A stretch of 58,667 nt of DNA, counting the filler, from Porpidia crustulata (lineage: Eukaryota), in NCBI GenBank assembly GCA_964255105.1. It is 5 parts of 5 records of this genome, joined end to end, with 100 filler letters (N's around TTAATTAATTAA, not from the genome) between each part and the next. Parts side by side here need not be neighbours in the genome. Positions count along the whole stretch, not along the records: positions 1 to 11,670 come from CAXUWE010000619.1; positions 11,771 to 23,426 come from CAXUWE010000620.1; 3 more parts are not named here. One strand, 5' to 3'. Positions 1 through 11,972 of this stretch are shown here, in pieces. Under the pieces are notes generated by a model, which saw only the letters and a program-made list of their open reading frames with translations, was not told where the DNA came from and searched no databases. Numbering within the stretch: position 1 is the stretch's first letter; each line of letters starts with the position of its first letter. Position numbers and translations under genes: made by a program.

Positions 1-1327
1 CGGGGGGGCGGCGGGTCGCGGGCCCCCCCCGCCAGGCCGCTGATGCCGCCGCCGCAGCCGGCGAGGATGTAGCAGGCCCAGTGCCAGCTTGTCGGGATGT
101 CCCAGACCGCCAGGCTGGCGTAGGCGATGATGTTGACGGCGCCGCCGAAGAGGATGGGCGGCCAGCGGGCGCCGTGGAAGACGGTGTCGGAGGTCCAGGC
201 GTAGAGGAGGGTGCTGAGGACTTGGGCCGCGGAGGTGGCGGTGGGGTAGGTGTTGATCTGGGTGATGGTGTATTTTGGGCTTTTGGAGGATTTGAGGTAC
301 TGCGCGAAGAGGGGCTGGGAGCCGACGGCGCCGGCGTTATTGAAGAAGATGTAGAGCGGTACCAGGGTCCAGATGTGCCACGAGGAGAAGATTCTGCGAA
401 ACTTGGCTTTGGTGTATGGTGCGCGTTCGGCACGGCCTTCGAGTCGCATGCGGGTTTGGGCGAACTCGCGCTCGGTGGGGGTGAGGTACCATACTCGGCA
501 TATCTCGGGGACGTCTGGGAGGACGAAGAAGCCTGCGATGGCGATGGAGAGGGAGATGATGCCGTCCACGAGGAAGAGCCACTGCCAGCCTTTCATCCCG
601 CCGCGGCCCCCGAGATGATAGACGCCGGCCATCAGATAGCCGGAAAACATGCTGGCGATGGCGGAGCTGGTGTGGAAGATGCAGGAGCGTTTGGCGAGCT
701 CATCACGCCGATACCAGGAACCAATCAGATATTGCATCCCTGGGTAGAATGAGCTTTCTGCGAGGCCGATGAGGAATCTCAGGGCGTAGAATTGATTTGC
801 TGTGTTGCAGCGGGAAAGGCTAAAGGTGAGGACTGTCCAGGCGATTTCCATGGATGGAATCCAGATTGAGGGTCGAACGCGTGTCAAGATCATGTTTGCT
901 GGGTTCTCGTCAGTAAAGCCCCCAAACCATAGGCTCATGCGAGAGGCTTACAAGGAATTTCGCCAATGACATATCCCACAGTCCAGCAGGTCTGCATGTA
1001 ATTCAGCTGATTCTGGTACAGACCCAAATCTTCCTTCATGCCAGACACGAAAGCATTGTTAATGTTGTTCTGATCTAGGTACTTGATGAAGTAGCCCAAT
1101 GTCGCAAAGCTAAGCAGCGCCGAGTCGAGCTTGAACAGGAATCTGCGTTCGGCAGGTGGCTTGTCGAGGGTGTCCCAAATGTAGGAGGTCCATGTCCGTT
1201 TTGGCTTCGTGTGAAGCGAGGTTGCTGCCACAGCGTCGCTGATGGAGGCACTCTCTACAGGGCTTTCTGGAGATGGAGACTTCAGGTTGTGAATACTGAT
1301 GTTTGTCTCCTTGTCAATAGCGGCCAT
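1..1327 (-). CDS. MFS transporter, allantoate/pantothenate (Dal5/Liz1/Seo1-like) family; 3' end runs off the window
   Basis: ATG at 1327 (MAAIDKETN). Contains ERRFLFKLDSALLSFATLGYFIKYLDQNNINNAFVSGMKEDL. GT-AG intron 951-899. Exon 2 carries RFLIGLAESSFYPG, ELAKRSCIFH and GWQWLFLVDGIISLPIA, typical of this family. Confidence 0.9.
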
Positions 1328-1832
1328 GATAGGAGCAAATATTGTGCTACTTTCTAGTGTACAGTAATGTTTGGAAAAAAGGCTCGAACTCTCTTCGTGG
1401 GGATGGCATCGTTCATAGACCAATGCATATGTCTACTTCGACCGTTGTAAGACGCCATTGTATGGTGAGCTGTTGCAAACGCCAACATGCTATCGTGCTA
1501 ATTGTGTGCTACAGCACATGGAGCACTGGATCCCTGCGACCTACACACTTCATTCGAAAGAGGTATTCTCTGGCAGCCGATCGACCCAGACGAAGCTCCA
1601 ACGGCCTCTGTTACCGGCTAGGAAATCCCCATAATGTACTAGACACAACTCCAGCATGTGTAAAACGGGACCTCGGACACGTGCTAACCCTTAAATAGCC
1701 ATAGTATAGCTCACATATATCAATCATACAACAAGTCTCTATCATAACTTAGTGGCAGCTGGTGGTTGAGTGTGTCCATCCGAGATCCCGTCCGCAGACG
1801 TTGCCAGAGAGAGCACACAATAAGCACCATGC

Positions 1833-1842
1833 ATGGCGCAAT
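1833..1842. promoter_or_regulatory. Putative CYS-3/MetR bZIP sulfur-regulation site
   Basis: ATGGCGCAAT, one mismatch to the ATGRYRYCAT consensus, lying between the divergent sulfur-scavenging genes. Further one-mismatch copies at 1449-1458 and 2124-2133. Confidence 0.45.
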
Positions 1843-2309
1843 CCGGTTATGTAAGAAACGTGATTGGTCCAGAGTGCTGAACCTGGGGTTTGGCACAGAT
1901 CGGGTTGAGGGAATCAAAAGCTCTTCTCGCATTGGCGCGATAAGCAGTGTGAGGTTGGACAAGCCTGCAACGTTGTCGAGAGCGTGGGATGAAGCAAGAG
2001 TATTGGGACAGATCGTCGTAAATTTCCGATGCTTCCGGCACCTGTGGAAGCAGTAAGAGAGAGGAGAGCGTATAGGATGGCGGGACGGAGGCGCAGGTGA
2101 TGTAAATGTCAAAGTCATGCTGCAGGACGTCATACCAGGGGGTTCTCGCGCAATTGCTATAGTCACAGCTCACTCTGAATATCGCATTTGCTCGGTAAGC
2201 ACAGGATCTACGCTCGAGAAGAGCGTCAGGTCCATGATAACCGTAATAAGCCACTGATATTCCCGTGAAATGCAAAGAACGCAACCACATCGACATTTTA
2301 CCAGAAGTC

Positions 2310-3579
2310 ATGGCCCCTGCACCAATTGATCCAGCAATCCATGAGGTTGTTGTGCCAAAGAAGGACGTCCTCGGTCTGCCTGAGCCAACGTTGGAAAGAC
2401 TGACAAAAGCCGGTATCGACCTATCAGATGGCTACCCATACCGTCCATCAAAACCACTCTACCTGCAGGATGTGTACAACATTCGCAACGCCGAACGATC
2501 ATATGTTGATCCTGGCTCGAAGGCTGATAAGTCAAAGAGCGCCCTCTTTTCAGCAGCGACCAAAGTCATCGATCTGACGACTCATATCGGGACCGAAATC
2601 GAAGGACTCCAGCTCAAGGATCTTACGGATCAGCAGAAAGATGAGTTAGGTCTTCTGATTGGGGAGCGAAGCGTGGTATTTTTCCGAGACCAGGACATTT
2701 CTCCACAACAACAGAAGGAACTCGGCGAATGGTACGGACAGGTTGAGATCCATGTAAGCCAGCCAATTCTCGATTTTGTTGAATGCGGAGACATGTGCTA
2801 AGTCTCTTAATAGCCTCAAGTCCCGCAGGTACCAGGCATTCCTGGCGTCACGGTCATTTGGCCTGCTTTGCAAGCCGCCGAGGTACCAGCAAACTTCCGT
2901 AGGCCGGGTGGTGCTTCTCGTTGGCATACAGATTTGGTACATGAGAAACAACCTGCTGGTGTTACCCATCTCCACAACGACACTGTGCCACCTGTGGGCG
3001 GCGATACGCTTTGGGCTAGTGGGTATGCCGCTTACGAAAAGCTCTCCCCAGGCTTCCGCAAGCTTATCGATGGCAAGCAAGCTGTATACCGCTCGGCTCA
3101 TCCTTACCTTGATAGGGATGATCCCACAGCAGGACCCAAGTATATCGAGCGGACTCACCCACTTGTCCGTGTTCATCCAGCAACTGGGTGGAGAGCACTC
3201 TGGGTCAATAGAGCCATGACCGATCGTATTGTCGGGCTTGACAAAGCTGAGAGTGATGTGATACTGAACTATCTGTATGACGTGTATGAGAAGAATGTGG
3301 ATATACAAGTGCGATTCAAGTGGACGCCAGGGACAAGTGCATTGTGGGACAATAGGTAATAACTGTCAATACCTCACAAACTATGTTACTAACCTGAGAA
3401 GAATAACCATTCACAATGCTAGTTGGGATTATGGCGGAAGTTATCCTCGGCATGGAACTAGAGTCACTGCACTTGCAGAAGTGCCATACTTTGATCCTGA
3501 TGCTCCGACCCGAAGAGAGGCATTGGGATTGCTAGGTGCGGACGAGAAACAGATCGATGGAGTGCTGGCGCACACATAA
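2310..3579 (+). CDS. Alpha-ketoglutarate-dependent sulfonate/taurine dioxygenase (TauD/Jlp1 family)
   Basis: ATG 2310. Motifs IGTEIEGLQL, ERSVVFFRDQD, WHTDL (HxD), GGDTLWAS, HPLVRVHPATG and WDNR..H. Introns 2754-2813 and 3356-3401; stop 3579. Confidence 0.93.
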
Positions 3580-4734
3580 CCGGCCATGGAAACCCCGAAT
3601 GACGCCAATGTTTTGAGCCGAGTTACTTGGCTGGCTGGACGTGTCAGCGGAGCCTCCCGTCCGTGCAGGTGGCAATCATGTTGCTTAAGCATTAGTCTTC
3701 CTACTTATAAGGAGAGGAACGATACTGCGGGCCTTGTTCTCTCTCAATCTTAAGCTTCAAGTAGCTTAATCTGCTTTCAGTCAAAGGTAAAGGTTAACAG
3801 CCACCAAAGCTCGCATTGCCCTACTCAGGGATTTACCATTCCAAGTCACAGCTAACACACTTCCTGATTCTTGCGAAGCGCCCATCCTTATCTGATTTGG
3901 CGAACTTTGTCTCTCCGTTCGGCATGCCAGATTCCCTGTCCTGGCTTTTTCTTGTAATTCAGATGGCTCGTCGAGATAGGTTATTCATAAGTTCAAAGTT
4001 CGTGGCATAGCACCGAATTTTAAATCGAAGAACCTCGAAACTATGCCGATGATTGTAGCCTAGATATAGGAATCCAAAACGAGCCCGACGGGGGCCGACA
4101 ACGGGGGAGATGGGTAATAACCCCCTTCTTGCACAGGCATGCTCGACGTATCGAACTCGTTTCAGGCTTACCCACCCTCGACTCAGGTTGAAGTGGTCGT
4201 CACTCAGGTTGGCAACCGTGACCGGAACCAGGAGGAGCATATTTTATTGCCTACTATGGCGGTAGACAGGGTGGCAGGAATCCCACTGAGCTGGCTGCTC
4301 TGGGTATAGTTTCATGGTAGGCTGTCTGAGGACTTCATGACAAAGTGTCATAGGGCTTGGGCTTTCTATGGCGGTTGGAGTAGAAATCTTGTACGGATAT
4401 AAACAATGCTTATTACGGTCGCGCTGACATGAGAAAGTGCAGGTAGAAACAGTTCGTTGCATTGTAAATCGTCTCATTGAATTCGATAGTAAAGAGGTCC
4501 GTAAATAACTGTTTTAGTATTTGAACATGCATGTACAGTTAATTAAACTCATTCGAATATCACAACAAATTTATTGAGTTCAGACGTATAGAGGATCGAA
4601 GAGTCTATGATGAAAAAATCATAAAGAAAAAGCTTGAAATGAATCCATGATCTTGTCTGGAATCTCAAGACAGACCACAATGGAAAACCTAGCGGAATTC
4701 GAAACGACTGAGTCAGTGGGGAATCAAGATCGCT

Positions 4735-6125
4735 TTAAGCAACCGCGACATTATCGACAGCATCGACAGCCACCTGGGTGAGTTTTCCGGACTGGATGCC
4801 GGCATCCCGACGGTTGAAGCAAGCGTTGATAAGGTCAATCAAGCCACCAAAGGCGACAGGGATGGCTAGTGGGTTGATGACCGACAAACCAGCCGCAGTG
4901 GCCGTTGTGCCCAACGCACTCAGGACACCCAGGATTTTATCTCGTTTCAACCTGGCCTTCTCCTTCTCCGCAAGAAGCTTTTCGTGATCGGCCTGCGACT
5001 GTTTCGCTTCTTCGGCGGCTTTGTCTAGTACCTGCATCTCGGCTTCGTAGCGCTCAAGCGCTTCTGTCTGTATGTGCTTAGCTCGGCCTTGATTTCGAAG
5101 TATGATGAATATGAAAAGGTACTCCGCTCACCTCTTGTTCATGCAGTATCTTACGCAAGCGGGCCTCAAATTGCATGTCTCGATCACGGATGTCATCTCG
5201 ACGTCGGGCATTAAGAACCTCTCTTTGATTTTGCATTTTTTGTAGTAATTCTTCTGTTCGCCGCACCTGATCCCCTTTGATTTCCTCGAGCTCGAGATCA
5301 CGCGCTTCGAGAGCTTTATTCATTTGGCGCTTATGATCCTCTAGATCTCGAGCGTATCGTTCAGCCATAGCGCTAAGCTCCTTGTCCAGTGTCTCGCCAG
5401 CGGTGGTCCTCGCTAGGTCAAGATTCTGGTCCACCATCTCTTGCTGGATCTTGAGACTAATCCTCTCTTCGTTTTTGAGAAGACCTCGCAAGATGTTCAG
5501 GGCCGATTCCTGGGTATCATGGAAACGAGTCATGGTGGCTTTGCTCGAGAGCATGCTGCCCCAGTATTCCGGAGTTGTCCTCAGCTCCTCTTCGTGATCC
5601 TTGGCTCTATCCATATTGTTGATCTCTCCCCAGAACGTCGTCGCGAGGACTACTTTTCGAAGAGGATCATCGCCACAAAGAGCTCGGAACATGGCGAGAT
5701 TAGCGCGGCCACCGTGGGTCAGTCTTGGGTCAGTGATGCGTTGCAAATAGACAATACCACTTAATTTCATATGATTCTTGTACGTAGCAGCTAAGACATC
5801 TGCAACCCCTTGGAGAACCTCGGCATCGGTCTTGTAAGTATCGTCAAATCCGGGCGTGTCAAGAAGCGCCGCTGACCGCCCATCGAAAGAAAATTCATAC
5901 AGCGATGGTTGCGCAGTGCCTGTTCTTTGCATCAGGCGTGCGTCAAGACGGGAGCATACGGAGTCATCTACATGATCTCAATTGATGGCCAATGGGGACG
6001 TCCTGACGTCCAGTGGCCCTCTGAATAAAAGTACTCTTCCCCGAACCCGTCGTACCCATAACTGCAAATATGACTGCATCTTTGGGACTCTCGTCTGAAG
6101 ACTCTGCGACTGTACCTTGTGACAT
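4735..6125 (-). CDS. P-loop GTPase (TRAFAC; AIG1/septin-like fungal family) with coiled coil and C-terminal hydrophobic segment
   Basis: Exon 1 (missed by the ORF track) from ATG 6125: MSQGTVAESSDESPKDAVIFAVMGTTGSGKSTFI (G1). SCT (G2) spans intron 5971-5920; LLDTPGFDD (G3); LATTFW. Second intron near 5131-5068. C-terminal ILGVLSALGTTATAAGLSVINPLAIPVAFGGLI. Confidence 0.88.
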
Positions 6126-6681
6126 TTTTTAAGCCTTTTGAAAGCGCTTTGACAATAATGGTTTGCAATGGATGGCTATGAAAAAGCTCTAGATCTGGAT
6201 GCGCGATTGAGAAATAACGAAAGGCGAGCTCAGCCTTATATCATCGTGCGATGCAGCCATATTGGATTTGTAATGGTTCTAGATCATGAGAGGGAGAAGC
6301 CAAACTCAGCGAGGCGTATCCAATGCATGCGCCTCCATTGACAGTCTAACAGAGCAAGGCTGTGTCCAAGGCGGCGTGCAAGGTTGCATGAAATAATATG
6401 CTCGAGATAACCCAAACTTACGGAATGAGTGAGATGGACTCATCTGTAATCGACTGAACCACTGATGCGCATCATGACGAGTACCTAAGGAGCGTGCTCT
6501 CAGTAAAGAAGTTGGGCTTCGTCTATCGTCTACCATACCTTAGTACGAAGTGCGACGTACCGTGGTACCTTAGTGCAGGTACAGTAAGCGGCGCTTTGTC
6601 ACCAGATATGAGTTGGCTAGTGTACCGTATGTGTTAACAGCTAGCGTTCCAAATAAAATACCCCTACTGTTGGCTTTACTC

Positions 6682-8379
6682 CTATTGTGAAAGCCAAACA
6701 ACTGCCTTTGACCATACTTTTGACTCGCCATAGTTCCTACCCTCTTCATTACCATACGCTAGTATTGCAGGTTGAACGACCATTTGAACCGTTCGACCGT
6801 TCAATCTAGCGTCTCCGTCCTCGAGCCCATGGCTTGGGTGAGCCGCCATCGTTCTCGAATCGGCTGAGAATTGCATCTTTTGGAGTTTTTCCTTTCCCCA
6901 GCAAGCAGTAAAGGCTCTTTGTTTGAAGAGAGAACTAAAAAGATCGCCGAGAGCGCGCATAACTTCAAGGAGCTCCTCATGACGCCGAGCGACATCACAA
7001 GGGCGATACAGGACCCGTGCGTCGCTTGCTTCGAAGACGGTAGTTATGTGGCGGTAGTACTGCTCCTTTCTTTGACTACACCTTGCTTGTAGAGTAGATT
7101 CGGGAAGGTTCGAGGGGTCGACCATTCGTAATGTCTGCCATCTCCAGGCGTGCGCCGTACTGGCATCATCTGTTGACACCTTTCAGTTAGAATTTGAATC
7201 ACGGGAAGAAATCATACCCTGCTGCATATTTCGGTACACTAGTTCAAAGGCTTGAGAAACTTGAAGAAGCTCTGCTGGTGAATTCTCCGTGGAAAGGAGT
7301 TGGGCATTTCCAAGGCAGAAGAAAGGTTGTTCGATGATCCACTGCGTCACAAATCCTGCTAGAATAGTATTCAAGAGGATACCGGACGCAATATTATCAT
7401 ACTTGGGGGCGAGCACTCCGTGAGGAGCTACAAACTCGTCTGGGACCATGTGTGCACGGAATAAGTTCTGCATAGTGCGCTGATCAAGCTCTTTGACCTC
7501 ATTCTTCGAGGTGACTGCATACGACTTAGCCCAAGACTGCAGTTTACGCATGCAACCCTGAAGTTTGTGGCGGATGACATTATCATCTTCTGCTTGAAGA
7601 AATCCTTTCCCATCTAGATCTGATGGATGCTGCTCCTGCATGGATCTAATTCGAGCATCTTGTTCATCAAGTAGGCTCTGTAGTCTGATGTTCTCTTCGG
7701 CGAGGCCCAAAGCCTCTCTCCGTAGCCTCTTATTAGCCTTTTCCTTCTTTACGCACTCACGCTCGAGTTCTTCAATTTTGAAATCGTCTTGAGGGATTAC
7801 ACCGGGCCGGTGAACTCTGAGTTGAAGGGAGCTTTGGTCTTGTCGTTCTCTTGTAGGATAGAGGTCTGAATAATGTCTTCCCCTAGGTACAAGACGGTCC
7901 GTAGCCTGTCTCGGATCTCTAATGTAATAGTCGCTGTCAAGAACCTGTCTGGGATCTCTGGTGTAGTAATCTTGAGGATCCACGTCGAAAGATTCCCGCG
8001 CACTCCTGGTTCCTCGCGTGTAAGAGTCGTAGGAGTCACGGCCACTCCTGCTGTCTTTTGAATACGAGTCGTAAGGTTCTCGGGTGCTCCTATGGCGAAC
8101 GGTGTGGTTGCTCGGTCGGCGGGAGCCCGGGGGGGGGATTAAGTCGCCAGTGGTGGAAGCTTTGCTGGAGGTTTTATGTCGCTCAGAGCCAGGCGAGCTC
8201 CCTCGATCAGGTTTTTTGGCCGTCGGTTTGCCCGCCGTGCTGCCGTCCAAAGCACTGTCAAAGGTTGAGGCACGTCCAGGTTTTGTCAGTAACGGAAGCG
8301 CAGGGCTGGTCAAGGCGGATGACAATTCAGATTGGGATGCAGGTGTCTTATCCTGTTTGGAGTTACTGACGAAAGCCAT
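6682..8379 (-). CDS. Hypothetical protein: disordered N-terminus, coiled coil, helical domain, GrpE-like C-terminal beta segment
   Basis: ATG 8379 (MAFVSNS). ORFs 7183-8478 and 6682-7179 are joined by a short intron near 7180-7217. Coiled coil KIEELERECVKKEKANKRLRREALGLAEENIRLQSLL. C-terminus VQMVVQPAILAYGNEEGRNYGESKVWSKAVVWLSQ. Confidence 0.8.
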
Positions 8380-8991
8380 CTGAACAGGCGTTACCCTCAC
8401 GAAAGGCACACTTTTGGTGAGTTCATCTGTAATCGTGCAGGACAGAAAGGCTCCATCTGCCAGCTTAATTATAATCAAGCTTCAGCCTGGGTGTGAGAAT
8501 TCTTCCAATAGAACAAAGTGTAATTGAGGCTATCAAGCTCTCCAAAGGGGGTTTGCGTGATTGAGCCATCTGCATTGCTATCATAGCAAGCCGACAACTC
8601 GCGGATGTTGTCAGCCAGGTAGGCCGATGTCATCGAAAGCCTTAGGCACAGTCCACCCATCTAGAGTATCTACGCTAGACTGGCCCGGTGCGCTGAATAA
8701 TGTTACGCACCCAATAGCCAGGACGAGGCTGCAGCAAGGTGGGAGCCCTCCTTCAATTTTTATCACCTTGTGGAAATAAGACGAGGCTGTGGAAGAAGCG
8801 TATCGGCCGTAGGTGGGGGCTGACCATTTTGGTGGTTGCATCGCAAGGCACAAGTTAGCCATGCCATTGTGGGGAGGCGCCCACCCAATGGCTGGAGGCT
8901 CATCATTATGTTGGCAAGCACATAAATTGTGTCTGTCCGTCGATTATTGGATGTGAATGTTGCCTTGTCGCGGTAGAGTCAACTCCAAAGC

Positions 8992-11229
8992 ATGTCCAAC
9001 ACCAAACTCAAGATCTTCGTCGGTATTGACTACGGAACTACATTCTCTGGTACCCTATGCTACTACTACGCGTATATAAAAGGCTTGTACTGAGTTTGCC
9101 TAGGCATTGCATACGCGCTTCCAACAGCATCTAACGGGAATGATATACAAGTAGTCACTGACTGGCCGGGCAACTCTGGACTCAATAATGAGTTCCTAGA
9201 AAAAGTGCCTTCAATTATTGCTTATCTCCACGAGAATACAAACGTTGCCAATCTACCAGGTGATCTTTGGGGCTATCAGGTCAACTCGAAGCTGGTCAAT
9301 TGCTCTTGGACTAAGCTACTACTTGATCGCCATGCTCGATCAACGCAGTATGACGACACAAACCTCAAGGAGCCCATCGAGAGTGGACTATTGAGGCTTC
9401 CGGAGGGGAAGAGTGCCACTGATGTTGCTACTGACTACCTTAAGAAGCTTTATGAACATTGCATGAAGATCCTGGGCCGGCATTATGCAGATTTACTTGA
9501 AATGACCCCAATAGAGTTTTGGTTCACAATGCCAGCTATGTGGTCTGATAAAGCGCAGCATTCGACAAGAAAGGCTGCAAAAAAGGCAGGATTTGGATCC
9601 AGGCATGGCGATAGTATCAAAATGATCACTGAGCCTGAAGCTGGGGTGATTGCCGCTATCAATTCGCCAATGAAGAACATCGAGGGAGCGCTTGAGGTGG
9701 GTATTACTCCCATCGTCCAAGTTTTCTCGACCGCTGACTTATTTAGCCCCGCACTGGTTTCCTTGTCTGCGACTGTGGCGGTGGCACGGTGGTAAATCAA
9801 TAATCTTTGAGCACTGAGGTTGTATCTGGGGGCTAAGTCAACCTAGGATCTTACTAGCTATGTTGTCGAGAGCACGAAGCCCTCATTGAAGCTTCGAGAA
9901 ACGTGTCCTGGTATAGGTAAGCTCGGTCTCTGTCTTTTTAACCACGAGGTCTACCATTAACGAGTGATGGTAAAGGCGAGAATATTGACTAGGGTGCAGG
10001 TGGGAAATGTGGTGCGACCTCCATTGATCGCAATTTCCATGCTTTGATGCGCCAGCGCTTCGGAGAAGCCTTTACCAAGCTTCCCACAGAGAGAATAGGC
10101 CCGGGAAGCAGCTTCATGCGCGAGTTTGAAGGGTTTAAGAAGGATTTTTCTGAAAGCAGTTACCAGGTCCATACTTTGCATCTGGTGATGCCGGGCCTGG
10201 ACCCGGGCAATGTCGACCCGGATACCTACGACATCGCTTATAACGACGTCAAACTGTCGAGGTGGGCGGACTGAAATCTAATATTGCCCATCTGCCTGGC
10301 TAATAATCTTCCGCTAGAGACGATCTGCAGCAGTGCTTTGATCCAGTCGTAGAACAGATTCTTAAACTAGTAGGGCAGCAGACAAAAGCCACTACCGAAA
10401 GCAAATATCCAAGCATCGAGGTACGATCCGTTTCCTAACAACAAGGCTGAGCTAAGGTGATAAGACAATCATATTGATTGGCGGCTTTGGATGCTCAGTC
10501 TATCTATGGGAGAAATTATATGCATGGGGTCAAGCGAACGGAAACGTTCGTTGCATCAGTCCACTTCGACCGTAAGGGTTATTCTCAGGTATCTGGCTCT
10601 CTATTTCTGACCAAGTATGATCAGTTGGTCAGCCATCGCCCGCGGTGCCGCCCTCCGCGGTCTCGAAGGATCGAAAGTTCCTTTCAAGAAGTGTCGGTAT
10701 CACTACGGGACTACCTACGACCGACCGTTTGACAAGTCACTCGGCGATGACGACACTGATTCTACATGGGAGCACATCAAGACCGGGAAGACCATGGTTC
10801 GGCATTGTATGGACTGGCATTTCACAAGAGTAATCGACTGCTTCTTCCCTTCTCAGTGGTTAAAACTAACCTATATTCCTCCAGAACGAAGAGCTCTCAC
10901 CCGACACCCGCAAGGAGATCCCATTCACTCACTGGTACTATCCAGATAGGCTGAGGCGCAAAGGCCAGCTGAAGTTCTACTCGTGTGCTCTCAGCAGGGC
11001 CCCGGCCAAGAAATCGTCCCTCATCGACCACGTCGGTACGATCGAAGTAAACATTCGTGATGTTGATCTCTCTACGTGCGATAGCGGCTTCATGAAGTAC
11101 GAGCGTGTCATCTGGATCAAGTTCACTGCCATTGTGACGTTGGGTAGTGACGAGGGTACGATGCAAGTCGCGGTACTGTGGAACGGGAGGAAGTGTGGAA
11201 GTGGCGGGTTCAAGTTTGTACAGGAGTGA
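8992..11229 (+). CDS. Atypical Hsp70-family (HSPA12-like) actin-fold ATPase, multi-exon
   Basis: ATG 8992 MSNTKLKIFVGIDYGTTFSG. Motifs KVPSIIAY, FTMPAMWS, ITEPEAG, LVCDCGGGTV-DL, IILIGGFG and WSAIARGAALRG. About ten short introns; stop TGA 11227-11229. No canonical substrate-binding domain or EEVD tail. Confidence 0.88.
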
Positions 11230-11535
11230 CCGTCTGCAGGACGGAATTAATCGCAGTTCAGTTTGATCGCTGTCACGGCCAGAGATCAGCTTTTTAAGAT
11301 ACAGTGAACAACACTTGGTTAATTATCGTCTAAAATCCCATGAATTATAGATTACATGTTGCTTCAACTGTACTTTATATACATTTATATGAAATTTTAG
11401 CTTCATGTATTATAAATTATGCTGCAAATTGAATCTCGACACAATATTACGCACTCAGCGTGATAATCGCTTATTTCTTGGTATCAATTTTGCATCAACA
11501 ACACGAAGCTAAAATTTCGTGTAACTGTGTATATA

Positions 11536-11670
11536 GGAGTATTCCCGGGCCCGTGCACGTTCCGGTCCCCTGCACACCCCACTTTACTACTTTTATCTTT
11601 CTTCAATATGGCTTTAATTGCGGCAGCGCTTGCAGATCTAGCTTTGCAAGAGTCACCTAATTACACTGCA
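11536..11670 (+). mobile_element. Left end of a pogo/Fot1-like (Tc1/mariner) DNA transposon, truncated by the contig end
   Basis: TA at 11534-11535, then a TIR-like sequence with an internal direct repeat (ccgggcccgtgcac / ccggtcccctgcac). ATG 11608 MALIAAALADLALQESPNYTA resembles the N-terminal HTH start of fungal pogo-type transposases. Confidence 0.65.
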
Positions 11671-11770
11671 NNNNNNNNNNNNNNNNNNNNNNNNNNNNNN
11701 NNNNNNNNNNNNNNTTAATTAATTAANNNNNNNNNNNNNNNNNNNNNNNNNNNNNNNNNNNNNNNNNNNN
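11671..11770. other. Artificial contig-joining spacer
   Basis: N44-TTAATTAATTAA-N44 (stops in all frames), identical to the three other spacers. Confidence 0.98.
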
Positions 11771-11972
11771 CTCCGGGGAGCATCTGACCGTAAGAAGATT
11801 CACGCGGGGGGCCATTCAAAAACAACGATAATAATAATAAAGTCCGACTACAGCCGTAAAGAGCCGGCTATGATACCGATCAAAAATAACGCCCGTTACA
11901 AAGATTCATAATGAAAAACGGGGTTTGGCGAATGTGAAATAGTTTAAAAGAAGAAATAAAGATTCCGCAGTG

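Noticed and set aside
81..752. 223-aa + strand ORF, and similar long ORFs such as 13015-13764, 13834-14589, 25500-26159 and 39745-40644
   Set aside because: Antisense shadows of well-supported genes on the opposite strand.
11671..11770. TTAATTAATTAA palindrome flanked by Ns, recurring about every 11.7 kb
   Set aside because: Artificial spacer joining size-sorted contigs. The periodicity and any cross-spacer gene clustering are not biological.
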